The notes below the pieces were generated by a model. The model did no database searches and was not told the DNA's origin. It was given only the letters and a program-made list of their open reading frames with translations. The translations under genes and the position numbers were made by a program. A stretch of 63,964 bases of DNA, counting the filler, from Polymyxa betae A26-41 (Eukaryota > Protista > Endomyxa: Phytomyxea), in NCBI GenBank assembly GCA_003693705.1. It is 6 parts of 6 records of this genome, joined end to end, with 100 filler letters (N's around TTAATTAATTAA, not from the genome) between each part and the next. Parts side by side here need not be neighbours in the genome. Positions count along the whole stretch, not along the records: positions 34,113 to 55,945 come from RBZT01000708.1; 5 more parts are not named here. One strand, given 5' to 3'. Below, piece by piece: positions 37,050-49,499 of this stretch (the stretch's first letter is position 1; each line of letters begins with the position of its first letter).

Positions 37050-37720
37050 TTTACCAACAGATTGCTACACCGAAACAATCCACGAAACATTATCGAAATA
37101 GCATGTGCTATTGTGAAGCTAGAGGACGAGGAAGAAGTCTATAAATAAATTGATGATGTGCTGTTACGGTTACAGCAAGCAAGTCTTGGAGACGTCGGTC
37201 TCGAACTTCTTCGATTGGGTGTAAAAGAAAGATGGCGTCCCAGGCCGAAAGCCACGAGAATAGCAACCGTGAGCTTGAAGAGAATCCAGAGGAGAAAGGC
37301 GCCGATTAACCAGCATTGGTTCGTAATGATCCACTAGCAGCTCCAAAAAAACGACGCATCGATGGAGACTTCGATGTAAGTGTCCGCGATTTCTCTAAAC
37401 TGACCGATACAAGGACCAAGCTGAAGAAAATTCTTCACATATCTCAGCAGTCGGCTGGTCATAGGGTTGCTGACTTCTCATCATCTTTCAGTTCTTTTCA
37501 TTATACTGTGGCTGCTCCAATTTTGAAATGTTTCACGGTGCACTGTGATAGTGACGAGAACGAGTTTATTCGTCGTTGGGGCAACAATTTTTCTCACAGC
37601 GATTGGAAGAAGAAAAAATGTCCAGGTACAGTAACAACTCTAAATCAGCAGATCATTTTGGATTTTTTAGAAATCTCAATAAACTGTTCCAATTTCTTCA
37701 TTGCCAAAATCGTGATGTGA
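37050..37720 (+). pseudogene. Accessory ORF of the hAT-like element, ending in a single copy of the Cys domain
   Basis: APKKRRIDGDFDVSVRDFSKLTDTRTKLKKILHI...FHYTVAAPILKCFTVHCDSDENEFIRRWGNNFSHSDWKKKKCPG. Confidence 0.7.
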
Positions 37721-37793
37721 AACTGAAAGTAATATCCATTGTCATCAAGAATCTGCGTACGCATTTTCTTTGACCTACCCTTCTCCTACCCCC

Positions 37794-39274
37794 GACAATA
37801 AAGGTATATGATATTGTCCAATCTCCAACAGACACGTTATCAAGCTTTGTTTCCAACTGGTCATGCTTCAATGGACCTTCCACTTCAGTCATCCTCTTGT
37901 CGCGGTCAACCATGCTCCGCATTTTCCATTCCCTGCTGGGTCATCAGATTTCGATTCTGTAAAGCCCTCACTGTGCAATTGAAAGTCTCAAATCTCGCAA
38001 ACACAGCGTCGACGATTGGCCAATTCCATTCAGGTGGCTTGACCTGATCGGCTCAACGCGCTGAGAAGAAAACATTCAAATGATCGTAATGCTGGTGCTG
38101 CCACTCCGTCCAAGAGCCATGAACGAGCCAACGTGTGGTCGTCTTGGGACACTTACTTCCATTTCGCGAATCAGGTTCTCTTGTTTGCGTAAACTGTTAG
38201 CAATTTTGTCCACAATGGAGATGGATTCGCCTCCAAAGAGAATATTGAGACGTTCCTTAACGACAAGTTCAATTTGATGCAGCATGCACCATGTTCTGTG
38301 AATTGGAAACAAAGAATCACGTTCCAACAATGGCACTACACCTCCAATTCGTCCGGTTAGAGCGTTTGCTCCATCTGAAGCAATTCCTTCCATCTTTTCT
38401 CCAGGATGATCACAAAACGTTAACAACCTTCACGGTGAGGTCATAAATGTTCACCGCAGTGTGTTTGTCAAACATAGGTTCCGCTGCAACGTGGATATTG
38501 TGAAGATGATTCTTATAATGAAAACGAATCCGCATCGCTAAGTAAGTATCACCACAATGTCTCGAGAAATCAAGGATAATGGAAAATCCATGAACCTCAG
38601 GAGATTCAAGAAATTCGTTAAGGATCGTGAGATTGACAGCAACCAAGATTCGTGCAAAAGTCGAAACTTGAGCGTCCGAGATGGACCTAATTTTTCCGAC
38701 TCCTAACAACAGCTTCGAAGATTCCAAAAACGGCAGAGGGATAAGTGAGCTGTAACGAGATGGAATTGGAGCGGATGCTTGATTCGGACAGTGTAGTGCT
38801 GAACGACATCGTCTCTTCCCGATTCAGGCACAGCGAGTGCAAGCGCTCGTTGATAAGATGCAGATCCGTGGTCTTCTGTGTTGACGAAAACATCACCGAT
38901 AATCACCTCGATAACGCCGCGATGGAGAACGAAGGACAAAGGTTGATCTCTGGAGCCAAAATGAGAATGCAATTTGTTAGAGTGCGGCTAAACATAAAAA
39001 ATTGCTTCTTGGCATCATGATCAACAGCTTGATATGCAGAGAACTAGGTAGCATGCTGCCCCTTATGATGACTGGTATAATTTTGGATTTAACGACTCCC
39101 AGGCTATGATTCTGTTTGTCTATTTTCGAGCTCGGGTTTCACCAGAATCTTTCTTTCCGAAATACACACAAAACTGGCAACGAACCGAGAGGGTTCGTTT
39201 GGTATCAAGGTCAGTATGCATGACCTTGAGGCCATATTTCAATTCGTGAGCAGGCGAAACGGAGTTCGGCTCAT
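37794..39274 (-). mobile_element. hAT-like transposase N-terminal/catalytic part, decayed
   Basis: YGLKV...SVRCQFCVYFG; FSIILDFSRH..TYL..RIRF..NIH..PMFDKHT; GIASDGANALTG..GVV..RTWCMLHQIEL (CxxH); LRKQENLI..CPKTTTRW. Confidence 0.85.
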
Positions 39275-40394
39275 TGGGAATGGTCGACTGGGTGTGATGA
39301 CCGCAAAAAAGCCAGGTAGACAGCTACTCAGCAACCTCTCGGCATATCACTCAGTCCGTGAAAAAAAATGTAGCGTATCTGGCGTCGTTCTGTTTCGCAG
39401 TGACGCGACCGGTTCTTGAATCACTTTACATTAACGAGTCATGATCGAGGCCCAGCTTCGACGACGCATTTTCATCGAATTAAATTTCATGATAGAATCG
39501 GGTTTAAATTACCGTTATCGATTCCTGCGACCTTAGTAGAATTTGAGTGCTCGAGCTAAAACCCTAACCCCGGCTCAAGTACGCTACACAAACCCGATTT
39601 TATTATCGGGGTCAAGTTCAATAATGGCATTACATATGAAGACATTTTAGATGCAATCACTCAGCTGCGAACAGAGCTTCGGAAGCTACGCGATCGCCAG
39701 GACGGGCAGAACCAGACAATAACAGCAATCGTCCAGTCTTCGGCCAAAGCGGCGATCAATAGTTTGAGTACGTCTCAGCCGGATCTAATATCATGTTTAC
39801 AGCAACAGATAGCATCAGAGGCGACGACTTCGGCTGGTGATGGTACGTCAAGCAGGCCAAATGACTCGTCTGCATCCCCACCAGTGGCGGCCGGTACATC
39901 TGGTGCGCCTTCGGCAGCTGGGGCCAGTACGACAGCTGAATCGGCAGCGACGACAGGGATCATTGGTGGACTCCAATTTGCTGGCTTTTGGTTTGTCAGC
40001 TGGATTTCCGGCACCGGTTTCTGGTTCTCTCCTCTCAGAATTTGATGCCTCTGCGACCGTTCCCTCGATTTTCTCGTTTTACAGCTGTTGAAAGTCTTTT
40101 ATGAAATGAGAATTATATAGGATAAACCATACTAGGGGACTTCCATATAGTGTCAAAACTCCGCTGCGGACTTTCCACCTACCAGTGTTCTTGCCACGCT
40201 CCACAGTGTCAGCCCGGTCTCCCTTGTTCACCATCGCAACTCAGAGAACAGCAAGACGATAGATACCGAATGGCTAAAAGTGCTATTCTAGAAACAATGA
40301 GGCGACTTTACTGTTAGGCCGAGGTCTAGGAAATCCTGTTTATTCCGTAATAAGCGTAAATATAGGAGAAACGGTGGACTCTTGGGAATTCAGC

Positions 40395-43050
40395 AACGAC
40401 GATGGCGAGAGAAGTAACGGCGGAGGCAGTAGAGACAGTGGAAACAGTGAGGACGTCGGAGACAGTGAAAACGACGTGATAGAAAGCAACTAAGGAGGTG
40501 CTGCTGTGGGTAAAGATAGCAAGAGTGAGTATTTATATAGGGCAGTAACCAGATCATAAGGTAGGCGATCACGTGACAATTATGAGATCGCATCATGAAG
40601 ACTGTAGTATTGAATCGGCGCGCAGCCCAGATGACGACTGTTCTAACACCCTCCTCTATCGGAAGCTCCTCAAACGGCGACAAAGACTGCGGAATAGAGC
40701 TGGCTCAAGAGGCTTTGTCATGATATCTGCAAGGTTCTCTTTAGACTCATTATAACGGAGCTTGATATTTCCTTTTTGAATCAAGTCTCGGATATAGTGA
40801 TGGCGAACGTCAATATGTTTGCAACGACGGGTTACGTTTTCGGAAACTGCCAAAGCAATGGTTGCTTGATTATCCTCATACATCACAGTTGTCGCTTGCT
40901 CAAAACCTATGTCATTGAGGAGGTTGCGACACCAGATCAGTTCTTGGCAAGCCGATGAAGCAGATATATATTCTGCCTCCGTACTGCTCAGCGAAACGCA
41001 GGTCTGTCGTTTCGAACACCAGTATATCGGTCTGTTGATTAAGAAAACAGAACCCTAAATGGAACGTCGCGTTTGCTGATCACTTGCGAAATCAGAGTCC
41101 ACATAAATGCGCAATTGCATGTTATCTGCGCATCCAGAATATTGAATACCGAGGTCATGATTAGATTGAAGATAACGAAGAATACGCTTGACTGCCTTAA
41201 CGTGATTCCAACAAGGATTAGAAACGAGACGAGCACAGTAATTGACAGCTGTAGCAATGTCAGGCCGAGTATAAACGGCAGCATACATGAGGCTGCCCAC
41301 GCATTCGCGGTAAGTGAATTTTGGACAGGACGACGATGAAGAGATTGGAAGATTAAGAGTAGATTTCACCATAGGAGTTGGCCGCGGCTGTGAATCCTCC
41401 ATCTTGTAATGCGACAGTATTTGGCGAATATATTTACCTTGCGATAGATGGATGGCGCCATTGAAATCGTTATAATTGACGTGCATGCCTAATATTGAAG
41501 TTAACATACCTAGGACCTTCATGTTGAAACTTGACATCAGCTTCAATTTGACTTCAGTGAGGATATGGTGCGATTGTGAAGCAATAGCAATGTCATCAAC
41601 ATATAAAGCAAGCAGGACGAGATCGGCATCAGATCCGCGAATGAACAGGCAAGGCTCATAATTATTAGCACGGAATCCAATATTGATGAGAACGCTGTGA
41701 ACAGTCTTTCACCACGCCCTTCCGCTGTGTTTCAGGCCGTAAACAGCCTTATTCAGACTGCATACAAGTCGGCCGCCGTCAGGACAATGTTGTTCAAAAC
41801 CGGCGGGCTGGCTCATGTAGATCGTTTCACTGAGTGGAGAATTCAGAAAAGCAGTAACGACATCCAGATGGTGTGGTTTGATGCGATAAAACGCACAGAT
41901 TGCGAAGAAGACTCGCAGACTGGTCATCGAAATGACGGGAGCGAAGACGTCTGTTTAATCGGCACCATATTGCTGAGAGAACCCTTGTGCAACAATCCGG
42001 GCTTTTTATCGTTCCGGTTTCCCGGCAGCATCTGTCTTCAATCTGAAAACCCATTTGGAGCCCATAATGTTGACTTCCTTTGGTGCAGGAACAAGGTCCC
42101 AGGTCCGGTTACGCTGGTGGCTTTCGAATTCTTCCAGCATTGCTGAATGCAAGGAGTCAGAATCAAAAGCATTAACAGCTTGCCTGTGGGATTGCGGCGA
42201 GTTCTTGATGTTCGATGTAAACAGACAGAATCCGGCAAGGGCACGGGTTCGGATGTCGTCTGGAGTGTATCGGGAACGAAACCGCTCTACAAGATGACAT
42301 AGAGGATCTCATCATCTCCAATAGTGGCATTAGCGTTGGCTAGCTCTCTTTTCTTTTGTAATACAGCGTCGAGATATGAAGCCATATTACGACAATCATG
42401 GAAACGGAGATTATGCAACTCAGCTCTGCGTCACTCTTTGCCATTCGCAGAACACATTTCGTGAGCGCTCGTCTTTCCCAAGATTTTGATCTTCATTTCT
42501 TGATCGATGCATCTCAGGATCTGACTTTTCGCAAGAGAGTGGCGTAAATTATACTCTTTCAATGCGGTCGAGTCCGGCTCACTGGGAAGGGATTCCGTGT
42601 TGTCAATGATTGACCACACGTTGAGTGCCTCTGCTGCGAGCTGAAACTCGAACGCCCATATCGAGAAATTGTCACTCGAGAGCAACTCTCCAACAAACTT
42701 TCCGGACGCAGCGGTGACGAGAGATGAACTCATTGACGTACGCGCGTGAATGCTGGGCCTATAACCTGATAGAAAGCAACTAAGGAGGTGCTGCTGTGGG
42801 TAAAGATAGCAAGAGTAAGTATTAATATAGGACAGTAACAAGATCATAAGGTAGGTGATCACGTGACCATTGTGAGATCGCATCATGGAGACTGTACCAT
42901 TGAATGGGCACGCAGCCCAGATGACGACCGCTCTAACACGATGGAGACTGTGGGGACGACGGAGACGATGAGAACGAAGGAAAACAGTGAGGACGACGGA
43001 GACGGTGAGGACGACGGAGACAGTGAGGACGACGGAGACGGTGAGGACGG
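40395..43050 (+). repeat. 18-bp tandem repeat GGAGAC(A/G)GTGAGGACGAC, split by the Copia insertion
   Basis: Clean units at ~42985-43050; degenerate units at 40395-40476 and 42939-42985. Confidence 0.8.
40477..42938 (-). mobile_element. Ty1/Copia element with both 172-bp LTRs, internally deleted (gag stub fused to RT-RNase H)
   Basis: LTRs at 40477-40648 and 42767-42938 (TG...CA). TSD cgacg/cgatg. PBS GGTTATAGGCCCAG; PPT GAGGAGGG. Gag MSSSLV..DNFSIW; RT HLDVVTAFLN..LNKAVYGLKHSGRAW, YVDD; RNase H YVDSDFA, YEDNQ..KHIDVRHH..ADIMTKPL. Confidence 0.96.
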
Positions 43051-43269
43051 CAGAACAATGGAGATGCTGGAGACGATGGGTACGGCGGAAGGCTGTTGGA
43101 ACGACCGGGCCTGCGACGACGACGGCGGCGAAGAGGTCGACGATGTGAGACGACCGATAGAGAGTTGTTGGTCAGAATGACCACCCACTGTGTGTGGGTG
43201 GCCGTTTGTCTTGGTGGGTGCGGCCACTGGCGCAGCCAGGTCTACTGTCATGGCCTGTGTGCATGACAT

Positions 43270-44093
43270 TTGCCAGGCAATTGAAGTCATTTGTGGCAGC
43301 AGTGCCCTTCGCAAGCCTAGAATAGAAATTTACACGAGCTGCTGGACGAATCATACAAAGAAGGCTTCCCATGCTGCCTGGTTTCGATTGACTGTATGCA
43401 TTGGACATGGAAATTTGCCCATCAGCATGGGCTGGCATGTTCACAGGGAAAGAAGGAGAGCCAACGGTTGTATTAGAGGCTGTGGCTGACCATTCTTGTC
43501 GGTTTTGGCATTAGTTCTTCTGAATGCCAGGTTCCTTCAGCGATTCTGGATCGGTCGCCATTATTCCACGACATCTTGAACGGTCGATCACCAACAACGA
43601 CTATAAAGTAAATGGGAATACCCACTCTGTCCATTATTGGCTAGCAGACGGTAGCTACTTGCTTCGTAAAATCTATAGCGAAGCCTTCTACGAGAAAGCA
43701 AAAAATGTTGTCCCAGATACAAGAAAGCAAGCTCGAAAAGACATAGAGAGTGCCTTTGGAATGCTTCAAGCTCGTTTCCACGTTTTGACTATTCCTTGTA
43801 AGTTGTGGTCTCGCGAGTGCATGTATCTAGTGATGAAGACCTGCGTTATCCTACACAGCTTGATCTTAGAATACGAAAATCGACACGACCTTGATTCCAA
43901 ATATATCAATGATGTTGTTTACCAGCCCAAACATCCATTTACAGTGAGTGCTCGCAGTCGAATTATTGTTTTTCAAAAGATGAAAAAGAAGATTGAATCG
44001 TCGCGAATTTTAAATGCTTCAATGCATACTAAGCTGCAATGCGACCTCTTGGAACATATTTGGAATTACTCTGGACAGGTAGCAGAAGAATGA
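43270..44093 (+). mobile_element. PIF/Harbinger 'plant transposon protein'-type transposase pseudogene (5'-truncated)
   Basis: GFPCCLVSIDCMHWTWK/CPSAWAGMFTGKEGEPTVVLEAVAD..YWLADG..RKDIESAFGMLQARFHVL..CVILH. Confidence 0.9.
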
Positions 44094-44099
44094 AGATTT

Positions 44100-45023
44100 A
44101 ATTGAAGAATACACTATCCACTTCTCCTAGATGGACTCCAATACAGCCTCGTCTATCGCTTCTCCTTCGTGACACATCGAACTTTCAGCAAAGCAAGCTC
44201 CTGTTTCTCCCGGGTCAACTTCATCTCATCGTCGAGTAAGGCTTCCTGTTGCTTTAACTTTAGAAACTCTTTAATCTCCTCCGATTCATTGAAAATAGTG
44301 AAAATGTAAAGCGTTCCTTCAGAAAAGCAGTCCTTTCTTCGGCATTGTCTGCCATTCGTTTGTAATAAGCGGCCCGTTCGAGATTGGATGTTGAAGAGGT
44401 TTGAAATTTCAGTTTCTCAGCCGCCTTCTTTCCGATCCCAGGGCGAGGTGTCATTTTCAAAGATCTGCTTGAACAAGATGACCCTCGATTTTGCATATCT
44501 TGAGACACTAAACCCATTTCTTCTTGGTTTATTGGTTCTTCTTCATCGTTGTCCAATTCGAGGGCTTTTTTCATATGCAGAGACATTTCGTTATTATTAA
44601 TGCAAATGTTGGGCAGATTTTTTTACCTGCTTCCAGCTGAGTTCGTGTGAGAATGGTTTGACGGTATCGGTTTGAAAATACTGCTTTGCGAGAGTCAGGT
44701 AATTTTCCATCGACCACCAGAATGGTATTCCCCAACAGCTTTATCCATGCACGCCGTAAATTTCAGCAGAGCCCTCTGAATAGTGTTGGTCCAGCGATTA
44801 CGGATAGCACCGGCCGAACGATCTTGGACAGTAACGTCTCCCATCCGCTCAGCGAATCGACTAATAATTTTGCCATAATATGAATCAGAGTCCTGATCGG
44901 TGCCGACTGAAGCATCTGTCGTAACATCTTTGTAGGCGATTGTGAAGTTCAGGTCCTCCAGCGGTTCAAAGCTTTTGAATCCAGTCACCTTACCTTATAA
45001 AGTTGGGCTTCGCTTCACTCATG
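44100..45023 (-). pseudogene. Myb/SANT-like companion gene of the Harbinger element (convergent)
   Basis: F...EDLNFTIAYKDVTTDASVGTDQDSDSYY..I...RSAGAIRNRW..IQ...KF; RPGIGKKAAEK. Element end ccgctatacatgccc|TTA at 45200. Confidence 0.8.
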
Positions 45024-45259
45024 ACTACAATTCGTCAAGTGGTCAGATGATGTCCCAAATTTAGCACGCAGTTTAACGGATCGTTAAATCTGATTGTTTA
45101 TATAGAATTTAACGACGTCGCGCTGGACTCAAATTTCACTATCGTTATCGTCAGATTTAGTGATAACGATAACGATAACTGCGCTCCGCTATACATGCCC
45201 TTAGAATTAACCTAACAATTAAACTGGGACAAGTCCAGACCAAACCACGCAACCTAACA

Positions 45260-45873
45260 AATGGAGAGCCAAAATCCAACGGCGCACATATTTTTTGATT
45301 CCTGAAGCCAAAATCCTCTAGCCAAACTTTGAGCCACGGAGTTCCGACGCAGTTTCTGCGACAGGAACGGGCTGCGCAACGAGAACAGCTCTCTCTTATC
45401 TTAGATTGAACTACTGCAGGCGATTCACCAATCTTTGAACAGCATCGAACGGGCAGCCATAAGCAAGCACCATGAAGGCATCAACGACATTCTGCATGCT
45501 ATCATAGATGATCCTGGATAACCAAGCGCATCTTTTAAAAAACTATTCTCTCCTGAGCCAAAGGCTACCGCAGGCCAATAGAAACAGAAGGCTACACCAT
45601 GCGAGACAGAGAGTGAAGTGGCTGAGAAGAAACCAGCGAAACTATCAAAGGCTCACTGTCTCCAGGAAACAGGCGTCTTCTATAGCTGATATTTCAGCAG
45701 ACCTTCGAAAGAGCGTCGAGCCTCGTGAGAAGTTTAGTAGGCTTCAAGAGGCTCTTCTTGCTCAGGCAAATAGTGCCAAGTTTCAAAACCTCCAGAAGGC
45801 CCGAGAAATCGGTTTGATTTCTGAGACAGAATTTCTAGAGAAGGCAAAAGGTTTATTGTTGTGGCATGATTAA
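45260..45873 (+). pseudogene. Probable companion gene of the adjacent DDE transposase (coiled coil, GLISETEF C-terminus)
   Basis: Convergent with 45879-47012; broken frames upstream of 45508. Confidence 0.45.
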
Positions 45874-45878
45874 TCTGA

Positions 45879-47012
45879 TCAGAAATCGCCTTCCCATCCA
45901 CCTTCCGTGTTTCTTTCTACACCGATATCTGCATTCATATCATTTCGACGTCGTTGCAGAAAATTAGTCATGATGGCAGCTGCACGAAACAGATGTGGGA
46001 ATTTTTCGTGCTTCACATCGATTATTTCATCATCCGACGCCATTTTCGTTTGAGGACTCCTATTCCCCACTCAATTTGAACTCGATATCCCGCGTGCATG
46101 GTGTTAAAAGCATCAATCACAGAAATTTCACCGCCTTCAACAGTTTCTCGTCTCCCGATTCTACGCATGATAAACATTTCCTCGCCGAAGTAGCCAGGAT
46201 CGCCAAGGAAGTATTCAAGTACTCATCTGTATGAGCAAAATAGCGACGCCAATCTTTGTAAAGGTCTGACAGCCTCAAGCAACTGACATCATGAAAAGAT
46301 CCTGGATAGCCAACGGCCCGTTGCGATCAACAACGACAGTATTGTTGAAGCAATACTTTGACTTACGGCCGCTATACCAAAGTCTCTGGCGATCGCCACG
46401 AACCTCTGCCGATGGACGAGGGATCTCGATTAGAGTACCATCGATAAACCCGATGCAACCAAGAAAATCTGGAAGAAATTGGGCTAGGGCATGACGTTCA
46501 TTGGCATTTGGCCATTGAAGTTCATGCTTCAGAGCCTCATTGACACAGATAACGACAAAAATGGAATCATCACAAGCAGATGACTTTGACCAATTCCAAT
46601 TAAATGAATCAAAACGAACGATGTTGTCATGTTTTAGGTAAAATACCAGGTGTAGAACCCGTTGCTCAGGAGAGAGCTTCGGTGGCCGACCGAAATTCGA
46701 CTTGGGGGCTCCAGTTGTTCGAGCAGTATTTGCAATCAATGGACAGACAGCACTGCACAGCTCCTCGAATTCTTCGATAGTAAAATTGGTAAGCATCTTG
46801 AGTAAAGAAGGAAATTGCATCAAGATAGCAAGCAGATCTCGAAGGCCAGTCGATGGAAATACAAACGATTGATCCTGCTCACTCAGTTCGTCGTCGTCGA
46901 ATAGATACCAGGTGTTGAAGGAGCCAATGGCAACAGCGCCAATGGCCGCCAACTCTACCTCCGAAATGTCTAGAAAATCCATGGATGTATTTAAATCCAT
47001 GGCGCCTTCCAT
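45879..47012 (-). mobile_element. Harbinger/ISL2EU-like DDE transposase pseudogene
   Basis: LTNFTIEEFEEL..GRPPKLSPEQR..LQWP..GCIGFIDGTLIEIPRP..WYSGRKSKYCFN; C-terminus LFRAAAIMTNF. Confidence 0.85.
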
Positions 47013-47393
47013 AGATGATCACAGAACAGAGTTGCGAACCCCTACATACCCTACCAAACTACACCCGCAAACAAAATTGGCCAAACTTTGTACTCTGACC
47101 AAGAATTAACGGACAGAGGCAAAGTCAGGCGAGTGCGCAGTTTTTGACGTTCAAAATCCGGCCAATTAACGGACATGTTTATTGGAAGGTGTAATTCCGC
47201 TCAGACTTTTTGGTGTGTTGAAGCCAGGATCATCTCATGTTTTTTGAACGAGTCCCTGACCTTCCGGAAGAATGGCCAGCCAGGATTCCGTCGTTCAAGA
47301 TGGACATGATGCCTCACAGCAGAATGCTCCCATGCCAACGTCCAGGACGTGCGGGCCAGTATCACACGCAGTATAGAGATTCTTTAACAAGCA

Positions 47394-49370
47394 ATGGCTA
47401 CACACAGCGCCGAACTGGAGTCATTGTACAACGAGGATTACGAGTCCATGTCTTCCACCAACAGACGGAACGTGGACAATCGCATCAACGCCCTCATCGA
47501 TTTGATCAAGTCGACTGAGGTCCGAATCGATGCCGCTCGGAGGAGCTACTCAGCTCTGGCTCCGATCCAAGTACAGGCTCCAGCTTCGTCGCCGGTCACT
47601 GAACCCACTTAACTGGCGTACGCCACCTCCGAACCGTCGGCCAGGCAAGCACGGCTGCCGTCCGGTCTCCCCAAGTTTAAACGACCAACAGCCCAAGATC
47701 CGAGCGCTGCCGAAGACTTTCTCTCGGAGTTTCGAGCTCGCCTATGCTGACGGATATCCGTTGGAGCGATACCCTGAGGATCACGCAGCCTGCTGTGAGC
47801 GCTTGGAAGGCGACTGGGTCTTCGAAAATCTTGTTAGAGAAGGCGGTACTTGGTCTGACACACGAGAATTATTCCTCAAGCATTTTGTTAGCGACGATAT
47901 CCGCTTTTATTTCGAAAACGATCTCATTCACAGCCAATGATTTCAAGGAGTTTCCATAATGGCATTCGCGGACCGGTATCTAGGACGGATGAAAAGGGCT
48001 AACAGGAGTCCGGATCAAGTTCATGAGTTCACTACCGAGTTCATCGGCCAGCTGCCTCGCTCAGCAGTTAACTGGCTGTACTCTATTAAGGCAGCGAACC
48101 CTGAAAAGATCAACACCGTGCGCAAAATTGTCAACGCCTTGACCTTATTTTGCTCCGTGTACCGTTCCTCAGCCCAGAACGTTCGTCAAGATTCGTCGTG
48201 TAACAATAACACGAACGCAGCCACCTCATCGTCGTCGTCATCACCAACACACAGTTCCTCCCGGAACTCCTCTCGACAGCAATTATACTGCTCCGTTCAC
48301 GGCCACGGCGGTCACAAGTCCGAGGACTGCAGAAAACTCCACTAGGGGAAGGCCACCGACAACTCCGGCCTGACCGACAATAGTAACACAGCTACTCAAT
48401 CAGGGGCCAGTATGTCCAACGGACCAAAATGTCACCGATGTCAGAAAATTGGACATGTTGCTGGGACCTGTCGCTGTCATAATCCTGTTGAGGATCCCGA
48501 TTCCGGCAAAACGTCGTCAGCGTCATCTAATGTTGCCGCTAATCACTGTATTCAGGGCGCCTCTATTGAGGAGATTGACGAGTCCGACCCCGTAATTACG
48601 AACGACTCCGTAGAAAGTTTCCACAATCTGTTCGATAGTGTGGAGTCAATTCGCAGCTCCGAATCTGAATTCCATCCAGCCGTCGACAGCAATACCAACT
48701 TCTCAACAGCCATTTTCACAGCCATTCTTCTCGACGACAAGGAAGTGCAGGCTTACGTCGATACCGGCGCTTCCAGCTCCACCATTTCTAAAGATCTGTT
48801 TGGCACCCTCTCTGAGCTGACCGCAGACGCGCTCATCGTATCAGATCCGAATGAAGGGTCAGCGTATCTCGCTCGGTGTGAAGGGCCAGTACGCCCCGCG
48901 ACCGGGCATGACAATGGTCCCGGTTCGCTACGGCCACAGTGACTTTAGGTTTCAGTTCGACATAGGTGAACCCCCCGGAAGGCGTTACCGTTATAATGGG
49001 GCGTGATTTGCAACGCTGTCTCGGCATCGGTGTCTGCGGCCTCCAGCTGACGCGCTCCCAGGCATCTCGGGTGACCCCGGCTCCGGCCGATGGCTCTCCG
49101 CCACAGACCGACAATATCCGGGATAGTCCGCCACGCACATTGGCGACGCACCTGATCCTGTTAAGCACTGTTCAGCGTAATCAATCAATTCCAGTCAGCA
49201 GTGTCTGTACGTTGCCGAAGGCTGCCATAGAGAATGCGCATCCCTATGGGCATTTCAGAGTGAAAGCAACTTTAACGGGCCTTCGTAATGATGGGACTAT
49301 ATGGCGGTCGATGAGCAAAAACGTTGAGGAGGCCCTCCGTCGTTTTGTACTTTGCCAACGATACAGACGC
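47394..49370 (+). mobile_element. Ty3/Gypsy remnant: gag (two zinc knuckles), protease, then integrase zinc finger; RT/RNase H deleted
   Basis: CSVHGHGGHKSEDC; CHRCQKIGHVAGTC; AYVDTGASSSTIS..IMGRDL; AHPYGHF...W..M...V......LCQRY. Confidence 0.8.
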
Positions 49371-49499
49371 TCTCTAAATCGACCAATAAATCGACCAATG
49401 ATCAATAAAATGACCAATGCGTAAATTTTGCGTGGTGCTCTGTAGAATCCCTGTTATCGCGCTGGGTTTGATTTGCAAGCTGAACTGGATTTCTAAAAA

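Noticed and set aside
42863-43314. Acidic and Ser/Pro-rich ORFs
   Set aside because: They are open only because of the stop-free 18-bp tandem repeat, and they cross an LTR boundary.
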